Positions 28,325 to 38,740 of a stretch of DNA of 64,000 bases are shown piece after piece. Position numbers and translations under genes: made by a program. How positions within the stretch are numbered: position 1 is the first letter of the stretch; the number at the start of each line of letters is the position of its first letter. The DNA is taken from the NCBI GenBank assembly GCA_020344015.1, contig CP070812.1, positions 2,385,002 through 2,449,001 of the forward strand, in the 5' to 3' direction. The notes beneath the pieces were generated by a model. The model was not told where the DNA came from and made no database searches. It worked only from the letters and a program-made list of their open reading frames with translations. This DNA is from Gemmatimonadota bacterium. GTDB taxonomy: Bacteria > Gemmatimonadota > Gemmatimonadetes > Palauibacterales > KS3-K002.

Positions 28325-29474
28325 GCCCGGTTACCTGGCCGTCTTCGGTCACGAGGAGATCCGCGAGCGGTTCGCTCAAGCCGCATCGCTCGGCCGGCTT
28401 CCGCAATCGCTTCTCCTCCACGGACCCCGAGGAGTCGGCAAGCAGCGGCTGGCGCTTTGGACAGCTGCCGCGCTCAACTGTGGCTCTGAGAGCGACCGGC
28501 CGTGCGGAACCTGCCGCGCTTGCAGGCTGAGCGCCCGGCTTGAGCACCCGGATATCAACTGGTTCTTCCCGCTACCGCGCCCCAAGCGTGCCTCCGGAGC
28601 ACAACAGCTACGGCAGAAGCTGGAGGATCTGCGGGCCGCGGCCCTCGAAGAGCGCCGCGCGAATCCGCTCTACCTCGACGAGGAGGAGGGCGCCACCGGT
28701 ATCTATGTGGCCGCCGTCCACACTATGCGCAGCCTGGCCCAGAAGTCGCCCGCCATGGGCCCGGCCAAGGTGCTGATCGTCGGCCGCGCCGAGGCGCTCA
28801 CTCCCGGGCTCGGGAGCCCCGAAGCCGCTAACGCTCTGCTCAAGTTGTTGGAGGAGCCGCCCGCCGACACCACCCTCATCCTCACCAGCGACGTGCCGGG
28901 CGCCCTGCTCCCTACCATACGCTCACGGGTGCAGGCCGTTCGCATCCCGCCCTTGCCCGATGAGCGGATCGCTGTGTTCCTCGCCGCAGAGGCGGATATC
29001 CCCGAGGCCGAAGCGCGCCGCCTCGCCAGCCGCAGCGGCGGATCGATCGGCAGAGCCCTCGAACTCCGCAACGAGGAGCAGGAGTACCTCCGTGAGAGCG
29101 CCGCTGAAATCGTGCAGGCACTCCTCGATGGCCGGCCCGCCGCCCAGCTCGCCGCCGCCCATCGCTTCCGCTCCTTCGGCGCACGTGGCGCCTTCGGCCG
29201 AACCCTCAGCGAAGTCCGCGGCCTGCTCCGCGACCTCCTCGCCGCTTCGGCGGGGGCGACAGCTTCCGATCCCGACTCGGTCGCCACCCTGTCCGGCGCC
29301 TCTCCGCCGGATTTCAACCGCTTGGTCCGCTTGCTGGACGCGGTGGAGGAAGCCCGCGAACTCGCTGACCGCAACGTGAACCCCCAGCTCATCGTCGCCA
29401 ACCTCACGCGGCTTGGGACCGGGCACCTGACCCTCGCCCCCGTACCGCCGCCGCCCGGGACCGGAGGCGCCTGA
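28317..29474 (+). CDS. holB: DNA polymerase III delta' subunit
   Basis: LLHGPRGVGK, C...PCGTCRAC, AANALLKLLEEPP, LLPTIRSR. Confidence 0.92.
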   Translation: MAEPGYLAVFGHEEIRERFAQAASLGRLPQSLLLHGPRGVGKQRLALWTAAALNCGSESDRPCGTCRACRLSARLEHPDINWFFPLPRPKRASGAQQLRQKLEDLRAAALEERRANPLYLDEEEGATGIYVAAVHTMRSLAQKSPAMGPAKVLIVGRAEALTPGLGSPEAANALLKLLEEPPADTTLILTSDVPGALLPTIRSRVQAVRIPPLPDERIAVFLAAEADIPEAEARRLASRSGGSIGRALELRNEEQEYLRESAAEIVQALLDGRPAAQLAAAHRFRSFGARGAFGRTLSEVRGLLRDLLAASAGATASDPDSVATLSGASPPDFNRLVRLLDAVEEARELADRNVNPQLIVANLTRLGTGHLTLAPVPPPPGTGGA

Positions 29475-29965
29475 TGGCCCCGAAGAAGCGTAAGATGTCT
29501 CACGTGGACGAACAGGGGGCCGCCCGCATGGTCGACGTCGGCGACAAGGGGGTGTCACGCAGGACGGCCGTCGCTGAGGGCGCAATCTCCATGCAGCCAG
29601 CGACGCTCAGCGCGATCCGCCAGAACACTGTGGAGAAGGGCGACGTCCTCACCGTTGCTAAGGTCGCCGGCATCAACGCCGGAAAACGAGCTGCCGACTG
29701 GATCCCATTATGCCACCCGTTACAGATCGACGTAATTGATGTATCTTTGACTCTGGAGGAAGAGCTTCCCGGTGTAAAGGTCACGGCTCGGGCCGGCTTG
29801 ACTGGCCGGACTGGAGCCGAGATGGAAGCGCTGGTGGCCGCCAGCGCCGCCTTGCTCACCGTCTACGACATGTGCAAGGCACTCGACCGCGGAATGGAAC
29901 TCAGCGTCCGACTGGTCGAGAAGAGCGGCGGCCGAAGTGGAACCTGGCAGCGGCGCAATTCGTAG
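29474..29965 (+). CDS. moaC: Cyclic pyranopterin monophosphate synthase
   Basis: ARMVDVGDK, KGDVL, IPLCHP, TGAEMEAL, YDMCKA, KSGGRSG. Confidence 0.97.
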   Translation: MAPKKRKMSHVDEQGAARMVDVGDKGVSRRTAVAEGAISMQPATLSAIRQNTVEKGDVLTVAKVAGINAGKRAADWIPLCHPLQIDVIDVSLTLEEELPGVKVTARAGLTGRTGAEMEALVAASAALLTVYDMCKALDRGMELSVRLVEKSGGRSGTWQRRNS

Positions 29966-30040
29966 TTAGGTGTGACTCGCTGATGCGAGGTTGACAGCGC
30001 GATGGCATGTGTGGTGGTGGGTGAGGTGTGGGCCAAAACT

Positions 30041-30245
30041 GTAGGATCCCCTACGATCCTAGTGCCCGCCTTTGGCCCGGCTAACGGCGGCCCAGGCGAC
30101 AGCGCCTGCTGGATAGCGGGTCGGCCGACTGAATCCCACGCGGAAACAACATTCGTGGCGAGGCCGTTCAGGGAAGCGGGCCCAGCTGTGGGCCCGGGCA
30201 GCTCCGAGCGTTGGGCGAAGAGGCGAGGGGAAGATCGTAAGGTTA
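30041..30245 (+). ncRNA. Candidate structured leader or ncRNA upstream of the SLT gene (family unassigned)
   Basis: Nested long-range complementarity plus competing local hairpins; G-U pairs favour the + strand. Detail in findings. Confidence 0.45.
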
Positions 30246-30258
30246 GGATGGGAAAATA

Positions 30259-30945
30259 ATGCGAGACTATACATCGATGTGGGAAACGCAGGCGCAGCCG
30301 GTTCCCTTCCGCTGGCCGCAGATTCAGGCGAAGCTGGCCGAGGTTCCAGCGACGACCTGGTCGCTGTTCGTGGTGGCCGTGGCCATCGCGACGGCGAGCG
30401 CGGTCGGCGGCGTACCGCAGGCCAGCAACCCGGCGGCGGAGCAACTGGGTTCGGAGCTGGCGACCTTGGCAGCGGAGAACCACGACCTGCGAAGCGAGAT
30501 CGAGTTGAAGACGCTTGAGGTCGAGCGTCTCGGACAGATCCAGGCGTTCTCGGGCGAGTTCCGGATTCCGGCGGATCGGGCGATGCTGGTCTACGACATC
30601 GCTTTGGCGGAGGATGTGAACCCCGAGTTGGCGTTCAATCTGGTGCGGGTGGAGAGCGGCTTCCGGCGAACGGCCGTAAGTTCGGCGGGCGCGATTGGTT
30701 ACACGCAGGTGCGGCCGAGCACGGCTCGCTGGCTCGACCCGACGGTTGAGACGCGGGATCTGTTCGACCCGGAGATCAACCTACATCTGGGTTTCCGCTA
30801 CTTCCGCTACCTGCTCGACGAGTACAACGGCGATACCCGTCTGGCGCTGCTCGCGTACAACCGCGGTCCAGGACGGGTCGGCGGCCTGCTGCGCAGCGGT
30901 GTCGACCCAGCGAACGGATACGCCAAGGCCGTGCTGGGAGAGTAG
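30259..30945 (+). CDS. Membrane-anchored lytic transglycosylase (SLT domain)
   Basis: TM, short coiled coil, then VRVESGF, AIGYTQV, LFDPEINL, LAYNRGPG. Confidence 0.92.
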   Translation: MRDYTSMWETQAQPVPFRWPQIQAKLAEVPATTWSLFVVAVAIATASAVGGVPQASNPAAEQLGSELATLAAENHDLRSEIELKTLEVERLGQIQAFSGEFRIPADRAMLVYDIALAEDVNPELAFNLVRVESGFRRTAVSSAGAIGYTQVRPSTARWLDPTVETRDLFDPEINLHLGFRYFRYLLDEYNGDTRLALLAYNRGPGRVGGLLRSGVDPANGYAKAVLGE

Positions 30946-30966
30946 AAGTTCGAATGTTCAGTTCCG

Positions 30967-31138
30967 GAGGTCGTTTGGGAATTCTCGAATGACGATCAGG
31001 GGAGCAAAGGAACAGGGGAGGTAGGGAGGTAAAGAAGCGGGGCGCCAGCTGAATCGGGTGGCGCCCCATTTCTATACCTCCCCACCTCCCCTGTTGCCCT
31101 GATCCCCGAATCGACACTCGAGAATTCCCGACGACTTC
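30967..31138. repeat. Long imperfect inverted repeat between convergent genes
   Basis: Arms 30967-31047 and 31059-31138 with an 11-nt loop; about 66 of 81 positions complementary by manual alignment. Confidence 0.9.
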
Positions 31139-32577
31139 TAATTGGTGTCTACGTAAATTCTAACCTCGTCACCTGGGTAGATTCGACTGGTCGTCAGTCC
31201 GTTCCACAACATCAGATCGCGGGCGGTGACTTCGTAGCGCCTGGCGATGGCCCAGAGGCTATCGCCCGTCTGTACTCTATAAGTGATGTACGGACCTTGA
31301 GGTGGGCGCGGTTCCACTCGTACCGGCACACTCCGTCTAACCGTGGTCGCGGCGGCATAGCGCGGCAGCCTTCCCGCCCTCGGGATTATCAAGCGCTGAC
31401 CGATGCGGAGCTCTCTGGCCTTAACGCCCGGGTTCGCCGCGCGGATGGCTGAGACGCTGACGCCGTAGAGCCCGGCGATCTCGCCCAGTGTATCCCCACG
31501 TCTGACAACGTGCTGGACCCAGGTAACTCGCTCGGAAGGCGCGACCTGAGAGTAGTGCAACGCGAATTCGTGGCCGGTACCGGGCGGAACGCGGAGCGAG
31601 TAGCGCTGGCCTGGTGGCGTAACGCCGCGCAGGATTTGGGGGTTCAACTCGATGACCTGGGCTACCGGCACCCCAGCCGCGTCGGCGATCACGTCGAGGC
31701 TCGTGGCATCAGGCACCTGCACGACATCATAGGCCATGGGCTCCGCCGTCTCGATGCCGAAGAACCCGTAATGTTCCGGCTGTTTCGCGATTAGCGCGGC
31801 CGCGATGAGCTTCGGTACGTAGTTCCGCGTCTCCCGTCTCAGAAAGCGGCGGCGTGAGAGCGTCCAGAAATCATCGCTTCCGGAGCGCTGGACCGAGCGA
31901 CGGACACGGCCGGGGCCGCCATTGTAGGCGGCGGCAGCCAGGTACCAGGAGCCGAACTCGGCATACAGGTCCGCCAGGTGGGCTGCTGCCGCCTTGGTGG
32001 CGAGGATCGGATCACGGCGCTCGTCCACCCAGTAAGAGATCTGCAGATCGTAAAGCCGGCCGGTGCTGGCGATGAACTGCCAGAGACCCACGGCGCGAGC
32101 GCGGCTGTAGGCGCGTGGGCTAAACCCGCTCTCGATCAGCGATATGTAGACCAGGTCTTCCGGCAAGCCCGCGTCCCTCAAGATCGCTCGCATCATCGGT
32201 TCGTAACGGCCGGCGCGCCGCAAGTAGATTGTGAAGTTCTCGCGACCATCACCGCGGAAGAACTCCAACCAACGCTCGACGTCGATGTTCATGGTGATCG
32301 GGATGTCCCAGGTCGGGATCCCGGATCTCAACGCGCCGCCGTCCTCTGCCCCCGGCTCACTCACTCCAGCTGCTGCCTCAGGCTCTTCCGCCGCTGTAGC
32401 GCTCTCCTCCACCTGCTCGATCAATAGGCCCAGGCTGTCCTCGACGGCCACCGGACCGGCCTCTGCCTCGGGGACCGCAGGCTCCGGGTCGGCTGACCCA
32501 ACGGGCAGCGTCGCGCACGCCGAAGCCAGCGCCGCCAGTGCAGCGATCTTCAGGGCCCGCCAGGATGATCGTCTCAA
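31138..32577 (-). CDS. MltD-like lytic transglycosylase with two LysM domains (lipoprotein)
   Basis: Lipobox ASAC; LIESGF, AVGLWQF, AAYNGG, ETRNYVPK; LysM motifs HVVRRGDTL and YRVQTGDSLW. Confidence 0.93.
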   Translation of the reverse strand: MRRSSWRALKIAALAALASACATLPVGSADPEPAVPEAEAGPVAVEDSLGLLIEQVEESATAAEEPEAAAGVSEPGAEDGGALRSGIPTWDIPITMNIDVERWLEFFRGDGRENFTIYLRRAGRYEPMMRAILRDAGLPEDLVYISLIESGFSPRAYSRARAVGLWQFIASTGRLYDLQISYWVDERRDPILATKAAAAHLADLYAEFGSWYLAAAAYNGGPGRVRRSVQRSGSDDFWTLSRRRFLRRETRNYVPKLIAAALIAKQPEHYGFFGIETAEPMAYDVVQVPDATSLDVIADAAGVPVAQVIELNPQILRGVTPPGQRYSLRVPPGTGHEFALHYSQVAPSERVTWVQHVVRRGDTLGEIAGLYGVSVSAIRAANPGVKARELRIGQRLIIPRAGRLPRYAAATTVRRSVPVRVEPRPPQGPYITYRVQTGDSLWAIARRYEVTARDLMLWNGLTTSRIYPGDEVRIYVDTN

Positions 32578-33701
32578 GCCCTACCCCCCATGAGCTCGTC
32601 CAGCGCGCTGAGGAACAGTGTGACGTACTCTTCCCTGCACGTCTCACCCATCAGCCCAACCCGCCAGATCGCCCCTGCCAACGGGCCCAGTCCACCGCCT
32701 ATCTCTATACCGAACCTCTCGAGTAGCTGCCGCCGGAACGCCACGTCGTCCACCCCACCCGGCACACGCACCGAGGTCAGCTGCGGCAGCCGGTAGCGTT
32801 CGTCGACAAGCAGCTCCAAGCCTCGCTTCAGCAACCCGCTCTGCAGGGCGGCACCGAAGCGGCGATGTCGCTCGAAGCGCTCCGGCAGCCCCTCCTCCAA
32901 GATGATGCGCAGCCCCTCGTGCAGCCCGTAGAGCGCGTTTATCGGCGCCGTGTGATGGTACGCACGTTCGCCGCCCCAGTAGGAGCCGATCAAAGTCAGG
33001 TCCAGGTACCAGGAGTGCACCTTTTCTTTCCTGGCCCGGACACTATCCATCGCCCGCTCCGAAAGCGTGATCGGTGCCAATCCCGGTGGGACGCTCAGAC
33101 ACTTCTGCGTGCCCGAATAGGCCACATCGATGCCTCGCTCATCGACCTCGACCGGCACACCACCCAGGCTCGTCACCGTATCCACGACGAACAGGGTCTC
33201 CGTCTCACGCAGGTAAGCTCCCAGTTCCTCCAACGGCTGAAGCACGCCGGTGGAGGTTTCCGCGTGAACCACCGCCAACAAGCGGGCGTCCGGGCTCGAC
33301 CCGTGAACCTCGATCAGCTGCCCCACGTCCAGGGGTTCGCCCCACGGCGCTTCGACGGTCACCGCCCGCGCACCCGCGCGCTCGGCATTGGCCACCATTC
33401 GCTGGCCGAATACCCCGTTCACACCGATGATCGCAGTATCGCCCGGCTCCAGCAGGTTATCGAACACCGTCTCCATCCCAGCCGAGCCGGTGCCGGAGAT
33501 CGGAATCGTCATGCGATTCGCGGTGCCGAACAGCAGCCTGAGCTGAGCCGCGAGCTCATCCATCAGCCCAAGGAAGGCAGGGTCGAGGTGACCGATCGTC
33601 GGCCGCGCCATCGCCAGAAGCACTCGAGGGCTCACGTTCGACGGCCCCGGGCCCATCAAGAACCGTCGCGGCGGCTCAAATGGCGGACAGCGAGCTGTCA
33701 T
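32574..33701 (-). CDS. Class V aminotransferase (alanine-glyoxylate/serine-pyruvate family)
   Basis: LMGPGPS, GTGSAGME, HAETSTG, DTVTSLGG, SGTQKCL, YHHTAP. Confidence 0.95.
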   Translation of the reverse strand: MTARCPPFEPPRRFLMGPGPSNVSPRVLLAMARPTIGHLDPAFLGLMDELAAQLRLLFGTANRMTIPISGTGSAGMETVFDNLLEPGDTAIIGVNGVFGQRMVANAERAGARAVTVEAPWGEPLDVGQLIEVHGSSPDARLLAVVHAETSTGVLQPLEELGAYLRETETLFVVDTVTSLGGVPVEVDERGIDVAYSGTQKCLSVPPGLAPITLSERAMDSVRARKEKVHSWYLDLTLIGSYWGGERAYHHTAPINALYGLHEGLRIILEEGLPERFERHRRFGAALQSGLLKRGLELLVDERYRLPQLTSVRVPGGVDDVAFRRQLLERFGIEIGGGLGPLAGAIWRVGLMGETCREEYVTLFLSALDELMGGRA

Positions 33702-33764
33702 ACGCTATCAACCGTTACTGGTCGGGGGGAAAGACACGCCAAGGCCCTGACGCTCCACGGTGTT

Positions 33765-34202
33765 CTATTCGCCGGCCGACAGGAAGTTCCCCAGGACGCG
33801 GTTCGTCGCGTTGAGGACCGCACGTGCCACGCCCTGAGGTACGCCGCCTTCCTGGGATGGCGCCGTGCCGATCAGCCGCCGGTCTCCCCCCGTCTCCGGA
33901 TCGACCACACCCAGCGCGACGATCGCCACCGAGTCGTCAAACGCCTTCACCGACTTCACCCCTATGAGGCGGAAGTTCACCTGGCCGCCCAGCAGCTTGT
34001 GTAGCGCATCGAGTGTCGCCTCCGCGCAGACCCGCAGGTCGACAGCACCGCGTCCGTGGGCTTCCGCCTTGCCCCGATACTCGACGGCCTTCCACTCCAG
34101 AGCGATCTCGGCGAGCGCCCGCGTGTCGGCCCCATGCGCCAACTGCGCATCCACCAGCCTGACGCGCTCTCTTTCACGACCTTCTTGCCAGGGTGTGTTC
34201 AT
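33765..34202 (-). CDS. Hypothetical alpha/beta protein
   Basis: Compact ORF with its own promoter; ends in VARAVLNATNR. Confidence 0.75.
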   Translation of the reverse strand: MNTPWQEGRERERVRLVDAQLAHGADTRALAEIALEWKAVEYRGKAEAHGRGAVDLRVCAEATLDALHKLLGGQVNFRLIGVKSVKAFDDSVAIVALGVVDPETGGDRRLIGTAPSQEGGVPQGVARAVLNATNRVLGNFLSAGE

Positions 34203-34288
34203 GACCGCTCCGCAAGGGCGACGCCGCCCGCGAACCCTATGCCATGGCGGGAAGAGCCAGCCGGCCGCACAGGTTAGCTAGCCGACAA

Positions 34289-34317
34289 AAGATAGAGGTG
34301 CTCGGCGCACCGGTCAA
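34289..34317 (-). promoter_or_regulatory. Sigma70-type promoter
   Basis: TTGACC, 17-nt spacer, TATCTT. Confidence 0.6.
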
Positions 34318-34334
34318 CGTATTTGGCAGTCCGG

Positions 34335-35861
<1,527 letters not shown>

Positions 35862-35889
35862 TTATTCGTCTCAGCAAGCTCCATAGCTG

Positions 35890-35919
35890 AAGATACGCGG
35901 CTGCTCAACGGAGTGTCAA
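35890..35919 (-). promoter_or_regulatory. Sigma70-type promoter for guaB
   Basis: TTGACA, 18-nt spacer, TATCTT. Confidence 0.6.
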
Positions 35920-36290
35920 CGGGCCTCCGCGCCTTCGGCGAGCCGCTCACGCACCGGAGCAGGCAGCCGGAGAGCCAGGTCCTCCAAGCTACCGCAGAGA
36001 TCGACGATGACATCATCCGGCCCGTCCCAGTGGGCCAGAACCAACTCTGCTCCCGCGTTTGTAATCAACCGATCGATCGCCAGCGCCAGAATGAACAGAT
36101 CGTCCAGCTGGCCGATGATCGGCAAGAAGTCAGGGATCAGGTCGATGGGGGTGAGCGTATAGGCGATGGCCGCAGCCAGCAGCCCTTTGTCGGCGCCCGA
36201 GACCCTCGGGTCGCGGAGCAGTCGCGTGAGCAGCACGAGGAACCGTGGTATCCCCGCCAGCAGATCTCGGATCCTGGCCCTCGTCGCCAT
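35916..36290 (-). CDS. YkvA/DUF1232 family membrane protein
   Basis: DPRV...AYTLTPIDLIPDFLPIIGQLDD. Confidence 0.92.
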   Translation of the reverse strand: MATRARIRDLLAGIPRFLVLLTRLLRDPRVSGADKGLLAAAIAYTLTPIDLIPDFLPIIGQLDDLFILALAIDRLITNAGAELVLAHWDGPDDVIVDLCGSLEDLALRLPAPVRERLAEGAEAR

Positions 36291-36293
36291 CGC

Positions 36294-36665
36294 CTAGTCG
36301 ACGACGATCTTGGTGGGCCGTTCGTCCGAATCGTCGTCGTCCGGCCCTTCGTTATCCTGTTTGCGCCCGACCTTCTCGAGCTCGTCCGCCAGCCCGCGGG
36401 CGGTCTTCGCCGCCGTGCCCACGGCACGATCGACCACACTGAGAGCGCCCATCACACCCTTCAGCGCCCAGGGGGCAGCCCGTCGCGCACGCAGTTTGTC
36501 CTGGATCCCCTCTGCGAACTTCTGCATCCGGTCCGGCTCCTCGGACGCCTCCTCGGAGTATTTCCCCTCGAGAAACTCGACGTAGTCCAGAACTTGATAC
36601 AGCTGCTCGTCCGGCAATGACTCCAGCTTTCGCCAAACACGGCGGCGCAGGAATACATCCGACAT
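36294..36665 (-). CDS. Hypothetical protein (DUF2281-like N-terminus)
   Basis: KLESLPDEQLYQVLDYVEFL; SD and tight packing with neighbours. Confidence 0.75.
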   Translation of the reverse strand: MSDVFLRRRVWRKLESLPDEQLYQVLDYVEFLEGKYSEEASEEPDRMQKFAEGIQDKLRARRAAPWALKGVMGALSVVDRAVGTAAKTARGLADELEKVGRKQDNEGPDDDDSDERPTKIVVD

Positions 36666-36667
36666 CC

Positions 36668-37366
36668 TTAACTCTCCTCTTCCGATCCCAAGGGAGCCAC
36701 ATCCACTATGTTAACCTCGAACGGTACCGCCAGCTCGGCCGGCCCCAGACGGATCTCCACGTCCAACAGCGTGCCTCCCAACCATGCCGCTTGCACGACG
36801 TCACACGCCTCGGCATAACCGCACTCGACTTCCCACGGCATCTCCAACCGAACGCCTGCGACGGCGTCGAAGACCTCGAGACTGCGCCGACCTGCAGCCC
36901 GACCGAGCCAGACGGCAAGATAGCGGCCAGCCGGTGCCCAGAGCACCGTGTTCGGCACCGCCGCCGACCAGCGTCCCAGAACGCGAACCGCCGGTTCACC
37001 GAGCCCCACCACACCCAGACAAGCGCCGGGCCCGCTCGTCGACCAGGCCGCCAACGCCGTGTCCGCAGCAAGGTCGAGACGTTTGAAACGAGCCTTGCCG
37101 AACTCTGGAAATTCCGCCGCACACTCCTCCAGAGTGTCCGGCGCAGTCTTGCCCGCGTCGGGAAGCACAGCCACCGTCACGAGTGATTCACCCTCCCTGC
37201 GGTAGAGGGCCCCACCCCCGACGGCATAGGGCCCCGCCCGCTCGAGGGCGACGGTCGGTGGTTCTTCTACTTGCGCCTGCGGCTCCCGCTCGGCGCGTTC
37301 ACACCCCGCGCACAGAGCAGTGGCCAGGACGCCAGCAGCTACTGCTCTCAGGCTCTCCAGACGCAA
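36668..37366 (-). CDS. Hypothetical lipoprotein
   Basis: Signal peptide ending LCAGC; abuts the downstream gene. Confidence 0.65.
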   Translation of the reverse strand: MRLESLRAVAAGVLATALCAGCERAEREPQAQVEEPPTVALERAGPYAVGGGALYRREGESLVTVAVLPDAGKTAPDTLEECAAEFPEFGKARFKRLDLAADTALAAWSTSGPGACLGVVGLGEPAVRVLGRWSAAVPNTVLWAPAGRYLAVWLGRAAGRRSLEVFDAVAGVRLEMPWEVECGYAEACDVVQAAWLGGTLLDVEIRLGPAELAVPFEVNIVDVAPLGSEEES

Positions 37367-37609
37367 AAGGCAAAGAGATGGTTTCGCGCCCGTCTCGGGG
37401 CGCCGGATCGGTCCCGCACTCTGTACCGAATAGTACCGAAGCGCGGGGCCGGTTCGCCAGGCATCGGCGGCTGTTCGCTCCGGACGGCCCTCGGTCGGCG
37501 CTGCCAGGGCCCCACTTTGCGGACCACGTCCCTCCTGGCCGTAGATGTGCCGCTCGGCTAGCTTGATTGACTTTCAGGTCGAGGACGGCCAACGGCAGGA
37601 GAGCGATAG

Positions 37610-38344
37610 ATGGATTTTAGCGGAAAGGTGGCGCTGGTCACCGGCTCGGCGCGCCGGCTCGGGCGCTCGATCGCCGGCGCGCTTGCGGAGGCCGGCTGTG
37701 CCATCGTTATTCACCACCACGCTTCGCCCAGCGAAGCGGCCGACGCCGTCGGCGAGTGTCGGGCGCTTGGGGTGGAAGCGGCGGCTCTCCAGGCGGACCT
37801 CGGCGATCCGGAACAAATAGATCTATTGTTCGCCGAACTCGAGAGCAGCTTCGGCCGGCTCGATATCTTGGTTAACAATGCAGCGACCTTCGCCGGGGTC
37901 CCAGCAACGCAGATCACGCCCGAGGAATGGGACCGCGTACTGAATCTGAACCTACGGGCACCATTCTTCTGTAGTCAGCACGCGGCACGTTTGATGAAGC
38001 GTACAGGGGCGGGATCGATCGTCAACCTCGCCGACGTCGCGGCGTTCCAGGCCTGGCCCGGATACGCTCACTACTGCGTCTCGAAGGCGGGGCTCGTGAT
38101 GGTGACGCGTGTGCTGGCCCGGGCGCTGGCGCCGGAAGTGCGAGTGAACGCGGTTGCGCCGGGGCCCGTGCTACCGCCGGAGGACACCTCCCCCGACGAA
38201 CAAGAGCGACTCGCGGAGTTGACCGCGCTAAAGCGGTTGGGCGAACCGGACGACGTCGTCCAGGCCGTGCTCTTCCTGGTCAGGTCCGACTATATCACGG
38301 GTGAAACGATCGTCGTTGACGGCGGGAAACTACTCAGGACCTGA
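37610..38344 (+). CDS. SDR oxidoreductase (pteridine reductase/FolM-like)
   Basis: VTGSARRLG, LVNNAA, YCVSK, APEVRVNAVAPG. Confidence 0.9.
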   Translation: MDFSGKVALVTGSARRLGRSIAGALAEAGCAIVIHHHASPSEAADAVGECRALGVEAAALQADLGDPEQIDLLFAELESSFGRLDILVNNAATFAGVPATQITPEEWDRVLNLNLRAPFFCSQHAARLMKRTGAGSIVNLADVAAFQAWPGYAHYCVSKAGLVMVTRVLARALAPEVRVNAVAPGPVLPPEDTSPDEQERLAELTALKRLGEPDDVVQAVLFLVRSDYITGETIVVDGGKLLRT

Positions 38345-38356
38345 GGACTCAGACTC

Positions 38357-38740
38357 TCACGAGCCGCCTTCCAGCACCACGAACGCGCAGGCGAGCCCGG
38401 CCTCGTGGCTCATGCTGACCCACACCCTGGTGACACCCAGGCGCTCCGCCTCCGCCCGCGCTTCCCCGGAGAGCTCGAGCTGCGGCCGCCCGGACCCGGC
38501 CCGCAATACCTCGAGGTCGGTCCAGCGAATGGTCGGGAGCTTCCCCGTTCCCAGAGCCTTCAGAGTCGCTTCCTTGGCAGCGAAGCGGGCTGCCAGGCAC
38601 TCGCCGGGATCCGCCCGTCCGTCGCAGTCCGCAAGCTCGCGCTGGCTGAACAGCCGCCGACGCGCACGCTCGCCGTGACGCGCAAGAGCCTGTCGTACGC
38701 GCTGCGTCTCGACCAGGTCTATTCCGATTCCGAGGATCAA
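38357..38740 (-). CDS. acpS: Holo-ACP synthase
   Basis: GIGIDLV, AARFAAKEATLKALGTG, VSMSHE. Confidence 0.96.
   Translation of the reverse strand: MILGIGIDLVETQRVRQALARHGERARRRLFSQRELADCDGRADPGECLAARFAAKEATLKALGTGKLPTIRWTDLEVLRAGSGRPQLELSGEARAEAERLGVTRVWVSMSHEAGLACAFVVLEGGS

Noticed and set aside
29991-30019. TTGACA as the promoter of the leader
   Set aside because: No acceptable -10 at 16-18 nt spacing.
30031-30126. c-di-GMP-I riboswitch, 6S RNA or SRP RNA call
   Set aside because: No GNRA tetraloop or GACGCAAAGC; no clear 6S central bubble or typical neighbours; no SRP GGAAGGAAGCAGC motif.
30125-30206. c-di-AMP (ydaO) riboswitch call from CTGAATCC and CCCGGGCAGCT
   Set aside because: The second GGGG.GAAUC repeat, GGAAC and AGCUAAC core are missing; kept only as an unassigned structured RNA.
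30002-30259. 85-aa ORF in the moaC-SLT gap
   Set aside because: No SD or recognisable motif; the region is better explained as structured RNA, though a leader peptide is not excluded.
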